NCBI RefSeq assembly: GCF_003918875.1
Contig: NW_025767104.1
Coordinates: 372,001-436,000, forward strand
Length of the DNA: 64,000 bases
DNA from: Haliotis rubra
Lineage: Eukaryota
Reading direction: 5' to 3'
A model generated the notes under the pieces. The model had not been told where the DNA came from. It did not search any database and saw nothing but the letters and a program-made list of their open reading frames with translations. The position numbers were made by a program, and so were the translations under genes. Each line of letters starts with the position of its first letter. The stretch's first letter is position 1. Below are positions 49,532 to 62,040 of this stretch, one piece after another.

Positions 49532-50827
49532 AGCTGCCAGCAACATCGTAGAGACACCTCGTCATTACTCGAATGTTTAACCTGATGAGGGCAGTCATTT
49601 TTACATTACTCAGAGCAAGTCAAAACATTGATTACACAACAGTCTTTTTTCCCCTGTTCACTGGGTCCCGTCCTATTGCGCAACTTAGTACAATAACCAA
49701 TCCAGAATGTTGGGACCAGTTCATTTAACTGGATACATAATTATTAATCAGTTTTATTTGATACATCTAAGCTCTTATATATTGCAACGCTACACTCCTT
49801 CTAATCCTTGCAAACACGTAGTGCAGCATGCTCTGTCGTACAGCGAGCTCTGACAAACAGAAACCTGGAAATCGTGGAAATCTCAAAACGAGGCTCTCCC
49901 GCTAGAAAGGTTTGGCGGTCTGGTACGGACTTGATATTACATCAATCACATTGTGCGTTACAGAACTACGCGGAATAAGCGCAAAAAACACATAACAGGT
50001 GTAACCAGTGAGCCAGATGCATTGTGAATCATTTTAGGTACCTCATCAAACAGGGGCAGTCTGTGACGTCTCAGTTAAGGTCATGCTGCCTAAACCTCAC
50101 CACAAAATATAGAAATACTATGGTATTAAAGTTTAAACTTAAAATTCATTTGTAAATACCATTTTCTTATGAGACAAGGAATTGGAATTCAGTGTAACCA
50201 TACTTGTTTGTGATGTCTATTTTCACTTTCACACGAGAAAATTCGGATCGGCTGAAAAGTAGGTCATTGTCTGAATAGGTTAATGAGACTCAGATGTTTC
50301 GGTTTATTTAATATATTCTTCCCTTACCAGGCAGTTTTCTTACACATACCCGTTTGTACATTTTGTTATCGTATGAAATGTATTTTGTTCGTTTCTAACA
50401 TAAAATTTGTTAAAGAAGCCGTATAAAAGTCAGTGAGTTTAGTTTTTAGAACTCAGCAATATTCCTGCTATATGGCGGTCGTATATAAATGAAGGTAAAA
50501 ACGAATGGAACGGTTAAAATCTGCTGCACGAATGAACAATACGAGATGAGTAAGTTTAGTTTAACGCCGCTTTTAGCAATGTTCCTACAATATCACGGCA
50601 GTTGGGGCTTCAGAAAAGGGCTTCACGCATTGTACCCATGTGGGGAATCGAACCCGGGTCTTCGGCGTGATAAAACAAACGCTTTAACAACTGTGCTACC
50701 CCGCCGCCGGTGGACACAAGGGTTAACTGTGACTTTACAGAGAATGCACTGATGTTCCCTACGTTATATCTATCGGAAAACTGAACATGCACATGCTTAC
50801 TAACGCCCCTGCTTACAACTGCCACTG

Positions 50828-51072
50828 ACCCGTCAAGATCCGGGTTAGAATGAATCTTCAGTAATCCATGCTTGTCGTAAAAGGCGACTAATGGGATCGG
50901 GTGGTCAGGCTCGCTGACTTGGTTGACACATGTCATCGGTTCCCAATTGCGCAGATCGATGCTCATGTTGTTGATCACTGGATTGACTGGACAAGACTCG
51001 AATATTAACAGACAGACGAATATGGCTGGAAATTTGCTGAGTGCTGCGTAAAACTCAACTCGCTCACTCACT
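50828..51072 (+). mobile_element. SINE family 2 (non-tRNA head gacccgtgaagatccgggttagaa...cttgtcgtaagaggcgactaa); representative copy
   Basis: Other copies or fragments at about 13975, 17690, 24260, 32545(-), 39840-40005(-), 41700-41848(-), 43415, 51590, 56375 and 63105-63312(-). Shares its 3' tail with family 1. Confidence 0.88.
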
Positions 51073-52099
51073 ACAGCTGCCACTTCCCAAAACCGGTCGC
51101 ACTGTCGTGAATCGATTATATCGTATAGTTACTTGATAGAATTGTTACTCTATTATTACCTGCATGCGTGTACACATCTTTTGTATGGAGACCGCCTGAT
51201 CAATATACTGATACATACATCCATACATAATTACTAATATTTTAATAGCGACAATATCCAGCTCAGCTGCTCAAATGCGCTCTTCGGGACAGAAGCGTTC
51301 ACGATCTAACTCGCCATGGTCAATATTCAATTTATAGACTTAAATAGACTGGCTGTCGCACTTAATAGCTTTTTGTAAATGAGAGTGCATGCTGCTGCAA
51401 TCGATTCATTGGACTTCATCATCACAGACTACTATTTCTTTGTATGTTTTATATCTTTGCGATGTTTTGTCAAAAGACATTACTGAAGGCATTATCAAGG
51501 AGTTGGAAGTACCTTTAAAAGATATTCCCCTGTGTGGAACTTATTTCCTATCAAAGCTTACTAGTGTTGTAAACCCACTCCTCGCCGAGAATCTGAAGAT
51601 CCGAGTTAGAATTGGTCTTCAGCAACCCATGCTTGTCGTCAGATGCGCTTGGCGGGATAGGGTGGTCAGGTTCGCTGACTTGATTCATACATGGGTACAA
51701 AAGCGGCGTAAAACTAACTTCACTCACGGGATATACTCCACCCCATCCACCCCTAAATGAAAACGTAGGGTCGCTAACATAACCACCCTTGAGAATTGAG
51801 GACTGGGTTGGAGGTTGTGTCACACTCGGCCTCTCAACTTGATCCATAAAATGTTTGAGATGTCTCATCGACAAGTCACTATCAACACGCTGCCTATTCT
51901 TACTTAGTTTCGAAGGGTCTGGGTTCTATTCCTCAGTTTCAAGAACATTTCTGATGCCCCCGGCCGTGATTATGCTGGAATAAGGCGCTGTAAAACCCAA
52001 TTCACTCACTCACACAGTTTTTAGTTCCACAGCCATTGTAAATTATTGGCAATCTATGTAGAAATGTAAGTGGTTCTGTCGATTTTGATATTTAAAGCT

Positions 52100-52538
52100 N
52101 NNNNNNNNNNNNNNNNNNNNNNNNNNNNNNNNNNNNNNNNNNNNNNNNNNNNNNNNNNNNNNNNNNNNNNNNNNNNNNNNNNNNNNNNNNNNNNNNNNNN
52201 NNNNNNNNNNNNNNNNNNNNNNNNNNNNNNNNNNNNNNNNNNNNNNNNNNNNNNNNNNNNNNNNNNNNNNNNNNNNNNNNNNNNNNNNNNNNNNNNNNNN
52301 NNNNNNNNNNNNNNNNCCAATATCCTGCTCAGCTGCTACATTACACANNNNNNNNNNNNNNNNNNNNNNNNNNNNNNNNNNNNNNNNNNNNNNNNNNNNN
52401 NNNNNNNNNNNNNNNNNNNNNNNNNNNNNNNNNNNNNNNNNNNNNNNNNNNNNNNNNNNNNNNNNNNNNNNNNNNNNNNNNNNNNNNNNNNNNNNNNNNN
52501 NNNNNNNNNNNNNNNNNNNNNNNNNNNNNNNNNNNNNN
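52100..52538. other. Two assembly gaps (52100-52316, 52348-52538)
   Basis: N runs. Confidence 1.
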
Positions 52539-52584
52539 CCAATATCCAGCTCAGCTGCTCAAAGACGCTTTGTTTTTCCCTCGG

Positions 52585-52910
52585 TCATTGGATGTCAATC
52601 TCAACGGCACATCGTACTTTCAGTCTCAACTCCCTGGGGATCATACAACTCTTGCAAGACATTAAGCGCACCAAGTTAAAAGTGGCTTTCCCATCCTTAC
52701 GAGGTACCCATTCACAGCTGGGTGGACTGGGACACATAGTCACAGCACTTTGTCCAAGTTTACTGCACGTAGCTGTACCCGCAACTAGGTGTTCGCACGT
52801 ATTCATGTGGCCACCGTCTGGTTAGTTACTAACGGATTCGTGGGTTCTTTTAGGTGCACAGGGTTGTGTACTGTGCACTAGGGGTTGTGACAACACGGAA
52901 AGAGTCTGCA
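52585..52910 (-). mobile_element. SINE-like repeat with CORE-like block (cccagctgtgaatgggtacc)
   Basis: Related segments at 63488-63620 and at 53238-54235, where it is interrupted by the mariner-like element. Confidence 0.6.
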
Positions 52911-53258
52911 CACAAAGAACACATAACAGGTGTAACCAGTGAGCCAGATGAATGGTGAATCATATTACGACCTCATCAAACAGGGGCAGTCTGTGACCCC
53001 TTAGTTAACGTCATGCTGCCTAAACCTCGCCATAAAATATAGAAATACGATTTCTTTAAAGTTTAAAATTAAAATTCATTTGTAAATACCATTTTCTTAC
53101 GAAACAAGGAATTGGAATTTCGAATAACCATAGTTGTTTGTAGTGTCTCTTTTCACTTTCACATGAAAAAATTCCGGATCAGCTGAAAAATAAGTCATTG
53201 TCTGAATTGGTTCATGAGACTCATTATTCGGTTTGGCGCAACTAGGTGTTTGCACGTA

Positions 53259-54148
53259 CGAGGGACAGTCAAAAAGTAGTCGGCCTGACCTAGTAAATGA
53301 TACAAATGCAGCTGTTTTTATGTTTTATTTTTCTACATATTATCTGTCAACCTCAAGCAAATTGGTTTTGCTACGTTCCAGCCTTACGATCCCCATTTTG
53401 TTTGAAATTTTACCTTGGTACCCCTCAAAAGCGCAAAATCTGCAATAAATGCACCACAAACTTCAGGTAACAAAATATGCAAGAAACATTTTGTGTGTTT
53501 GAGATAGGTAGACGTCCGCTAGAATCAAACTTAGATATTAAAGTGCATAAAAAAGCAATTTGAAAGTACAATCGCTTGTTAAAGTGATTCCCCCTTCATG
53601 TTTACTGAAACAGCTTGTTTTGGAGACACTACCCACCCCCTTTCAGACGACGAAATCATAAGGACATAACTTATTCCAATGTTTTCACTTTTTCACACAT
53701 GATGCTTAAGGTTCAAAGTAAATACTAAATGGTCACACAAGTGTCAACTCTCAGTATATTGTAAACAGGGCCAGCTTGAATATCAGGACACAGTGGTTTT
53801 GAAAGACTAAAATGGGGGCGTCCTTAAAAGAAACAGCCCCCGACTATATATGAATCAAGCAATCCAAAGCTTTGACTCTTGATTATGACGGGAAGTCATC
53901 TAATACTATACTAACATATTTTATATGATATGACATTATCCAAGAGGTACTAAATGACGGATCGTTTTCTGCATTTTTTCTAGAAATATTATACCCCAAT
54001 GTGTTGTGATGACTAATATCTCGTTTATCAAATTACCCAAACATGTGAAATTTTTTATACGCCTTTGCTTATGATTCTTACAAACAAAAATTTCAAACAT
54101 TGGACATCGAGAATATAGTTAGGCCGACTACATTTTGACCGACCCTCG
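53259..54148. mobile_element. Non-autonomous mariner-like element
   Basis: TIRs TA|CGAGGG..gtcaaaa.gtagtcggcct and aggccgactac.ttttgac..CCCTCG|TA. Empty site gcacgtattcatgtgg at ~52795. Confidence 0.88.
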
Positions 54149-55796
54149 TATATCATGTGGCTACCATGTGGTCATTTACCAACGGATTCGTGAGTTCTTT
54201 TAGTGCACATGGTTGTGTACTGTACACTAGGGGTTGTATCCCTCACTCTGTTATGCAGAAACCCTATAAAAGAAGTGCAGCTGCCACAATTAAGCCAATA
54301 GACACAGAACCTCTTATAATACCCAAGCTCAACAGAAATACCCATGACATATGTTACTTGAGCGCGAAGTTCCACTGTCACATTGAAAAATGAGGATCAC
54401 TGCCCAGTGGATGGTATCGGATTATCATACAGCTAACACAGCGGTGTGAAATTGTTATATTAAAAAGTTGGATATATTTAATAATGGCGTCAATAAATGA
54501 GGTTCGACTCACGTGACTCACTTGACCTCAAACCTATATGCCAATGAGAACAATAAAGTTAGCGAGTGCTTCGGTTATTGAACAGTAAATCTTCCGCGTA
54601 TATAGGAGAAGGTAATAAAATTTGCGTTGCATTTAAAATGTAGGCATTTTGCTCGTTCATAGTTTACCATTAAAGTTTGGTTCAGTTTGAGTGAGTAAGT
54701 GAGTGAGTATGGTTTTACGCCGATTTTAGAAATATTCCAGCAATATCACGGCGGGGGACGCCACAAATGGGCTTCACACATTGTACCCATGTGGGGAATC
54801 TAACCCAGGTCTTTCGTTCACACATTGTATCCATATAGGGAATCGAACCCTGGTCGTTGGCGTGACGAGCAAACGCTTTAGTCACTAGGCTACCCCACCA
54901 CCCCTATTGAGTGTATCAGAGACTCAAAATGATTACATTCGTAAATTCTCACGAAAAACGGTGACCCTGGAACGTGTCTGATCATTTGCTTGATAACGGT
55001 GTCAGCATCTACACCGAAACGTCGCATCGGTTGCAGTAAACAAGCTATTGACAGATTAAAAAATTCCTATTTAATGAAATTAAATAATGATAAAATTGAA
55101 TATCACTGGGTGTTCATATATATCAACACGTATTTGTCCAGTTATTTCCACAAGTCCTTCCTTGGTGTGCATCATAACTAATACATATCGATGTACCACG
55201 TGCATCACAGCTACGTGAGCGTCATGATCATAAATCAACAATACCATTACATAATTTCCTAAACAGAACACCAATACAAAGGCAACAGATGTTGTTGACG
55301 CGCGAGCAGACTTTTTTTTCTTCAGTCAACTGTTGAAAAGCTGCAGCCCGGCACAGTAACTGCTGCTAACAACTTCCTGTGCCTGTTCTCATACAATACA
55401 AAGGGACTAGTTGCAACAGCGGAAAAGAGGTAGGTAGGAGTCTTAAAGGTTTAAATTCACTTATAAAATACATGTAGATTATCATTCAAGATAATATTTT
55501 TTCCGTTGTTTTGTCTGATACATGAGCCTGTCGCAATGTCGCTGAAACACATTATTTTCCCTTCCCAGCAAGTATGAAACGAATCTAGATTTACTCAAGT
55601 TCAAGGGATAAAAGGTTCAAACCTGTTCAAGGGATAAAAGGTTCAAACCTTTTTAATTATTTATATAGAATTTGCTGGTTCTATCAAAATTATATGTGTA
55701 TATGATCTTCATTTCTAACTCTTTATGCCGATGCATAATTGGGTTTCCATGTTCTTTTGAAAGTTGATCATATCTTACCAAATGTTACCATAACAG

Positions 55797-55952
55797 TGGG
55801 GCGGTGGGGTAGCCCAGTGGTTCAAACGTTCGCTCGATACGCCAAAGACCCGGGTTCGATTCCCCACATGGGTACAATGTGTGAAGCCGATTTGTGGTGT
55901 CCCCCGCCGTGATATTGCTGGAATGTTGCTTAAAGCGATGTAAACTCACTCA
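55797..55952 (+). mobile_element. tRNA-derived SINE family 1; representative plus-strand copy
   Basis: Full head with A and B boxes and actc tail. Other plus copies at about 21475, 31560, 38391, 48345, 57628, 58141 and 59453. Confidence 0.9.
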
Positions 55953-56750
55953 TGTATGTTGTTTCCACTCTGTGCATTCAGGCGGATGGGAATGGTATTT
56001 TTAGCCAACGAGTCATGTGGTTCACTATAGCAATTAACGATATTTCTGAAGTACAACTTGTTCTGAGTTCCTCATGATGTTGAAGTCCGGATTCGAATGA
56101 TTACAGTTTAATACTTATTTTTGCCTCGTTTACATATACTCACGTCCAGGTATCTCACGAAGGCAATGATAAATGTATGTAAATACCTATGACACTAACG
56201 GAACTGTAATGAAAACTACATATTCATCAGTTAAATCAACCGTTGTGAACCTGATGACGCGGTATCTCGGTGGGCAAGCATTCTAAAACCGACAAGCGCA
56301 ATCCGCAACATGCAAACAGGCCTGGAGCATATCATGACATGGCATTTCAATGCAATAATCATGAAAGCAATAAACAGATTCGGGGTAGAATTGATCTTCA
56401 GTAACCCATGCTTGTCGTAAGAGGCGACTAATGGGATCGGCGAAAAACTAAATTCACTCACTCAGGAAAGCATTAAACAGATTTAAAGGAGGACTAAGTT
56501 CGTCTCCTGAGCCCTTAGAATTTGTATTCGCACTTTCTCAAAGTTTTGGGCGATATGAATTACAGTTTCTCGTCCTATGCATTAACAGGGCACAATATAA
56601 TAGCCTTAAGAGTAAAGACGTTTACGCTTGATGTTTGTTTGCTTAAGCAATTCTAGAAGATAATTGTAATAAGGTATCTCCACTCATGCGTCAGAGTTTA
56701 CTGTCTGATGAGAAGAGCTTTTGTTTTCTTTCTTTTTACAGAAAATAAGG

Positions 56751-59410
56751 ATGAATTTAGTTAAATATTTGGCAGCGTTTTCTGTGGGCGTGAGTCTGGT
56801 AATCCTGCTGATGCACTCCAACATTAGTTTCCATGGACTTCCAACGAGGCTGAGCATCCTTGCTCGACAGACTCTCAGGATTCAAGACAAACCTCTTGGA
56901 AACTGTACCGCACCTGCACAAAAGAACAAAGAAGGTTCAGCGATGGAGCCAATTAGTAAATTCAAACAAAAGGAAGCGTTTATAACAAACAGAAAAAGAA
57001 CACCGAGCAACCGAACTACTCAGCAAAATAAATCATTGCCTACAAAAGCGGCTTTTGGGGCACGTAATGTACTCAAAAGAGGCCAGAAAAGGAATTCTGT
57101 TTCCAGTTCAAGAGACGGTGCACTTGAAATCATGTTTCCTCCACGGAAGCCCTACCAAGGAGATTTTCAACTATTGGACGATCGAATATTCATATATTCT
57201 GCGATATACGAAACTGCGAGGTCGTCAGTGCGAACGCTTATCCTCGTTCCGGAACCATTCAAATCTGTCTCTTTCATTTGCATACTGAAAAGGTCAAGGT
57301 CACACATCGGTCAGAGGGTTAAAGGTCGGTTCCAGCACATCCCTTTAAGTCAATGGGGTACTTACATGTGAGTATCGGTCTATACATAGTTTCAGAACAG
57401 TGTGTAGGAGCGACATATCGAACCAATGAAATGCATGTTTGTAGTGTTCCAACAGACATGTTGGTTCATGACCAAGGTCATACAACAAACACTGCCAGGC
57501 TGAAGATTCATATGAAAACAATTCATTTATAAAATCGAAATAGAACGTTGATTAAATTTGAATTGTTCTTTATCTGATACTTCATAACTTATTGCTCAAA
57601 GAAACTGCCTCTGTGTTGTAAAAAGCAGGGACGGGGTGGTAGCCTAGTGGTTACAGCGTTTGCTCGTCACGCCAATGACCCGGGTTCGATTCCCTGTATG
57701 GATACAATGTGTGAAGCCCATTCCTGGTGATATTGCTGGAATATTGCTAAAAGCGGCGTAACACCACACTCACTCACTGTTACAAGCCATGCACACATGC
57801 AGGTAGAAATGTTTGAAATATGTTCAGTTGGTGGAAAGTGTTCTTTATCCTCTGTTTCTCATTTTATTTTTTTGTGTGAAATGTGAATGTAAACTCAAAT
57901 AAAGCTTTGAGTACCCCAGGAGCAACCGCAATTATATCGCTTTGAGAATTCGTTGATGGGTCATGTGATACCAATATGTATCACTCGTCTGACAGACAAG
58001 AACATAATTCCTAAATTGTGCCTATCAGGCTCTGACTTCACAATAGCATCTCGTTACTAAAACTTCACTTTCCTGACATTCTTGGTTACCATTTGCTCTT
58101 AAACACAAAACTATCTGCTACATATGGCTTTTTGACGCAAGGGGTGGTGGGGTAGCCTACTGGTTTGCTTGTCATGCCGAAGACTCGGGTTTGATTCCCC
58201 ACATGAGTACAATATGTAAAGCCAGTGTATGAAATAAGACGGGATAGATGTCTGATGGACGGTCTCGACTTACAACTAGCCAGCCCAAAATAGCTTGGTG
58301 TCTGGGCTGGTTAAATCCATTTTGTCTGATGTCTGATGTCTGGCTGGATTTTTAGCTTATTTCATACGCTTTGTGAAGCCCACTTCTGGTGTCCCCCACC
58401 CTGATTTTGCTGGAATATTGCTAAAGGCGGCGTAAAACCAAACTCACTTACTCACTCTTGACGCAAAGTTTCTACTTGGTTTCAGAAATCGATGTGGATT
58501 CGTTCACTGCCCAGTACCCCGCAACAGATATCCAGCGTTTATTTCAGTCCTCACTACCCGGATGTCCTCCCCCATCAATATCCTCCCTGTCAACTACCCC
58601 GGACCCCCCTACAACAACCTCACCCGCTGTTACCCTGCCGTGCATGGGAACTTCACCGACGTCAACACACTAGTCACTGCACTGGAGACCAACAGATACT
58701 TCGGGACAGACAAGTTCATCTTCTACAACTACAGCATACCAGAGCAGGTCAACAAAGTCCTGCTGCAGTACGAGAGAGAAGGCATCGTGGAGATGAGGAA
58801 ATGGAGGCTGCCCTTTCCCCCAGAGGAAATCCACTACTGGGGACAGATGGCGAGTATACATGACTGTGTCTTCTCTCAACTTGGAGTAGCCAAATACGTT
58901 CTTCTTGCAGACATTGATGAAATTATTGTGCCTAAGAATAACATTTCCTTAGTAACTCTGGCTGACAGACGATTGAATACAAAAGATCCACGTTCGCAAA
59001 ACGTATATGGAGCTCTTATGTTCCAAAATACATTTTTTGCACTCTATGAAAGTGAGACAAAATACGACTTTCCGGAAAAAGAGATTGCCAAGAAATTCAA
59101 ACTGAGGGCTTTCCTACATACAAAGAGGTCAGGTATAAATCCTCCAACAAAAAGATCAAAACTTCTCGTGAAGCCAGAGGCTGTGGAGCTGCTTCATATT
59201 CACATTATGTTCGCATTCCTTCCTGGATGGGGGATGTATGTAGTCAACCCCAAAGTGGCTCTAATGCATCATTATCGGGTGAAATACGACGATCAGAGTA
59301 TTGGCCCCTGGCGTCAGGATGTCACCTTTATTAAATACAGCAGTAGTCTAATACCTAAGATAACGAAACGACTTTTAAATCTGCAAAGTAAACTGGGGTT
59401 ACATATATGA
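56751..59410 (+). CDS. Glycosyltransferase family 92 (DUF23, GALT-1-like) type II membrane protein, ~513 aa
   Basis: Coding exons 56751-57367 (AT|gtgagt) and 58486-59410 (ttcag|A) join in frame. N-terminal hydrophobic anchor YLAAFSVGVSLVILLM, then a stem region, IFIYSA, E.NRYFG..KFIFY, YWGQ..SIHDC, DxD motif DIDE, RSK..V.P and HHYR. Possible non-coding 5' exon ending ~55429. Confidence 0.9.
58223..58371. mobile_element. hAT-like MITE nested in a SINE
   Basis: TIRs cagtgtatgaaataag / cttatttcatacgct(t), with 8-bp duplication tgtaaagc/tgtgaagc. Removing it restores the SINE consensus. Confidence 0.8.
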
Positions 59411-60849
59411 TCTGTGTCATCTGCTTGTAAATAATAGAGATAAACTCCTGTCCGGGGCGGTGGGATAGCCTCATGGTTAGCCTAATGCTAGCCTAATGGT
59501 AGCCTATTTGGTAGCCTAATGGTAGCCTAATGGTAGCCTACTGCTCATCACGCTGAAGACCAGGGTTCGATTCCCCACATGGATACAATGCGTGAAGCCC
59601 ATTTCTGGTGTCTCCAGCTGTAAAACATGGTGGCATATTGCTAAACGCGGCATGAAACCATACTCACGTATCTAAAGCCCTGTCCACATAAAGTACCCGT
59701 CACAAACACATGCAAAGTCTAGTCAACTGTACACCTGAAAAAAGAACACGAGAACTTGTGGTACAAGTCGGTATTTTTTGTCAAATTCGGAAATGTCCCC
59801 AACCCCAAATATTTTAAAGCTTAACTGAATGTTGTAACTAGAACTGAACAAGAGCCACGTGACGCTCTTTCAAATCTTGATGTAACAAGCACAATTGTTT
59901 GTACGAAATCATCAAAGTTGAAACTGTTGGAATGCTGCTCGACATGAAGGGAAAGATGACTGTTGCAAAGTTGAAGTCACCCTTTTGTCATGCAGCCTTG
60001 TAGAGTTGATTTTTGTTTTCTCATTCTGAAGCTTTATGCATATATTTAAATATGAGACACATGAGTGAGTGAGTTTTGTTTTACGCCGCTTTTTTAGCAA
60101 TACTCTAGCAATATCACGACAGAGGACCCCAGAAATGGGCTTCACGCAATCTACCAATGTGGGGAATCGAACCCGGGTCTTCGGGATGACCTGCGAACGC
60201 TTTAACAACTAGGCTACTCCACCGCCCTAGAGACACATGAAGCGGTCTCATTGGTGTTGTTTATTTCAAGTTTTATGGTTATGAAAGGGATTTGATTGTT
60301 TGATTGACGGCTATATGACGAGTGTTCCTTTCAATCGTAATATTCACGGAAATTAAAAGGCAGACATTCTGGCCAAGCTAACACTAGATGAAGTGGAAAT
60401 ACAGCTTAATATTCTATTTAGTAAACTTGAGGTAACAAAAGCCAAATCAAATCAAACTTGACTGTCATGCCTGTAATGTATCGATATTGTTTCGTTTTGT
60501 TATCAGTCCTAGATTTGGAATATATATTCCGGGTGGGAATGCCTGTCTCACTTTTGTATGTATTCGGTATGAAACCTCAAGACCACAGAACAAGAATAAA
60601 AATGTACCGAACGAGATGCACGACTTATCGCTGAAATTACACAGCGTCAAGACAATACGATGACCATGCCCCAGGTCGGGCTCGGTCAAAGGAAGAATTG
60701 CAGTCCGATATGGTATCAGTCGTATATTTCGTAAAGCCAAGATATGCAATTACATAATGACAAATTAACTCCATTTCTGAGAGCTGAACAGCTACTTGAA
60801 CGTATAGAGCATCCAAAGGTAAAGAATGAAATTATCACAATATACGAAA

Positions 60850-61210
60850 AGAGATTTTATCAATACAAAAACAGAACCTTTATTAATAGAAAGCCAGAAC
60901 ATCTCTCAATACATAAATGGCATTTATCAATACAAAAGCAGAACATTTATCAATAGAAAAAAAGAATTTATCAATACAAAAGCAGAACATTTATCAAAAG
61001 AAAAACAGAACATTTCTCGATACAAAAAGAGAACATTTATCAATATAAAAAAGAACATTTATCAATATAAAAACAGAACATTTATCAATGTAAAAACAGA
61101 ACATGTATCAATACTAAAGCAGAACATGTATCAATACAAAAACAGAACATTTATCAATACAAAATAACATGTTTCAATACTAAAGCAGAACATTTGTCAA
61201 TACAAATACA
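60850..61210. repeat. A-rich minisatellite, ~22-25 bp unit (aaaacagaacatttatcaatac)
   Basis: Roughly 15 degenerate tandem units. Confidence 0.9.
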
Positions 61211-61864
61211 TTTGAACCAGCAACGAGTGTAAACGTACCTATACATATGGAACATTGTTTTTAATGCTGTCAATATGGTACCATTACCTGTAACAAAGGA
61301 ACTTATCCAATCTTCAGTGTAGCTTACTATCAAGATAAACTAACAATGCATAAATGGCAAATCTCAGCGCATAAAGAACGAAAAGCTATTGTTCATTCAA
61401 AAAAGAGCAAAAACATGAAAACCCTTGTAACTATGGCAGCAAATCGTTAACAAGTGTGGCCATTTTAAACATTTTGGCATACAATCCTCACAATTGACAT
61501 AAGTATCCGAGCACAATGTCAATATTTGGTGTAACCTCCATCAAGTGCAATAACACCGTGACCCTTCTCATCGTTTTCCTAATTACCCGTTTAATTATTC
61601 CTTGGGGGTCAAAATATCCAGATAGTAAGTTAAATTGATGTTAATTCAAGTTCGGTTCCTATGGTTGATTTAATATATTGATAGTATAATTATTGATACT
61701 ACGGAAATTAATTATGGGGTGTTGCGATATTCTTTTCCATGTGTATATGCTAATATAACATGTTCCAGTGTAACACAGCACGACAGGGAGTCACCTTGGC
61801 TAGTTATACAGCCAGGTATTCGTTCCCTATAGAGTGAGTGAGTTAAAGTTTACGCCTATATCAC

Positions 61865-62040
61865 CATATGCAACCATCAATATCCTTCCATGGCCTTCTA
61901 AATCGCCTGATCTGAACCCGGACGAGCGTCTATGGGACGAACTTGATCGATGTGTACGTAAACATCGCCATCGTCCTCAGATACATGCAGCACTTGCCAA
62001 CGCGTTGCAGGAGGAATGGCTTGTGCATGGCGGTGTCGAG
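61865..62040 (+). mobile_element. Tc1 transposase C-terminal fragment
   Basis: WPSKSPDLNP.E.LWDEL...L..ALQEEW. Confidence 0.85.

Noticed and set aside
50610-51874. 100-160 aa ORFs containing EPDHPIPLVA-like peptides (also 41679-41948 and 62758-63288)
   Set aside because: Antisense translations of SINE family 2.
52054-52825. Long ORFs in the ORF track
   Set aside because: They run through N gaps.
60826-61167. 113-aa Lys/Asn-rich ORF, or a CRISPR-like array
   Set aside because: Translation of a head-to-tail minisatellite with no unique spacers. The context is eukaryotic.
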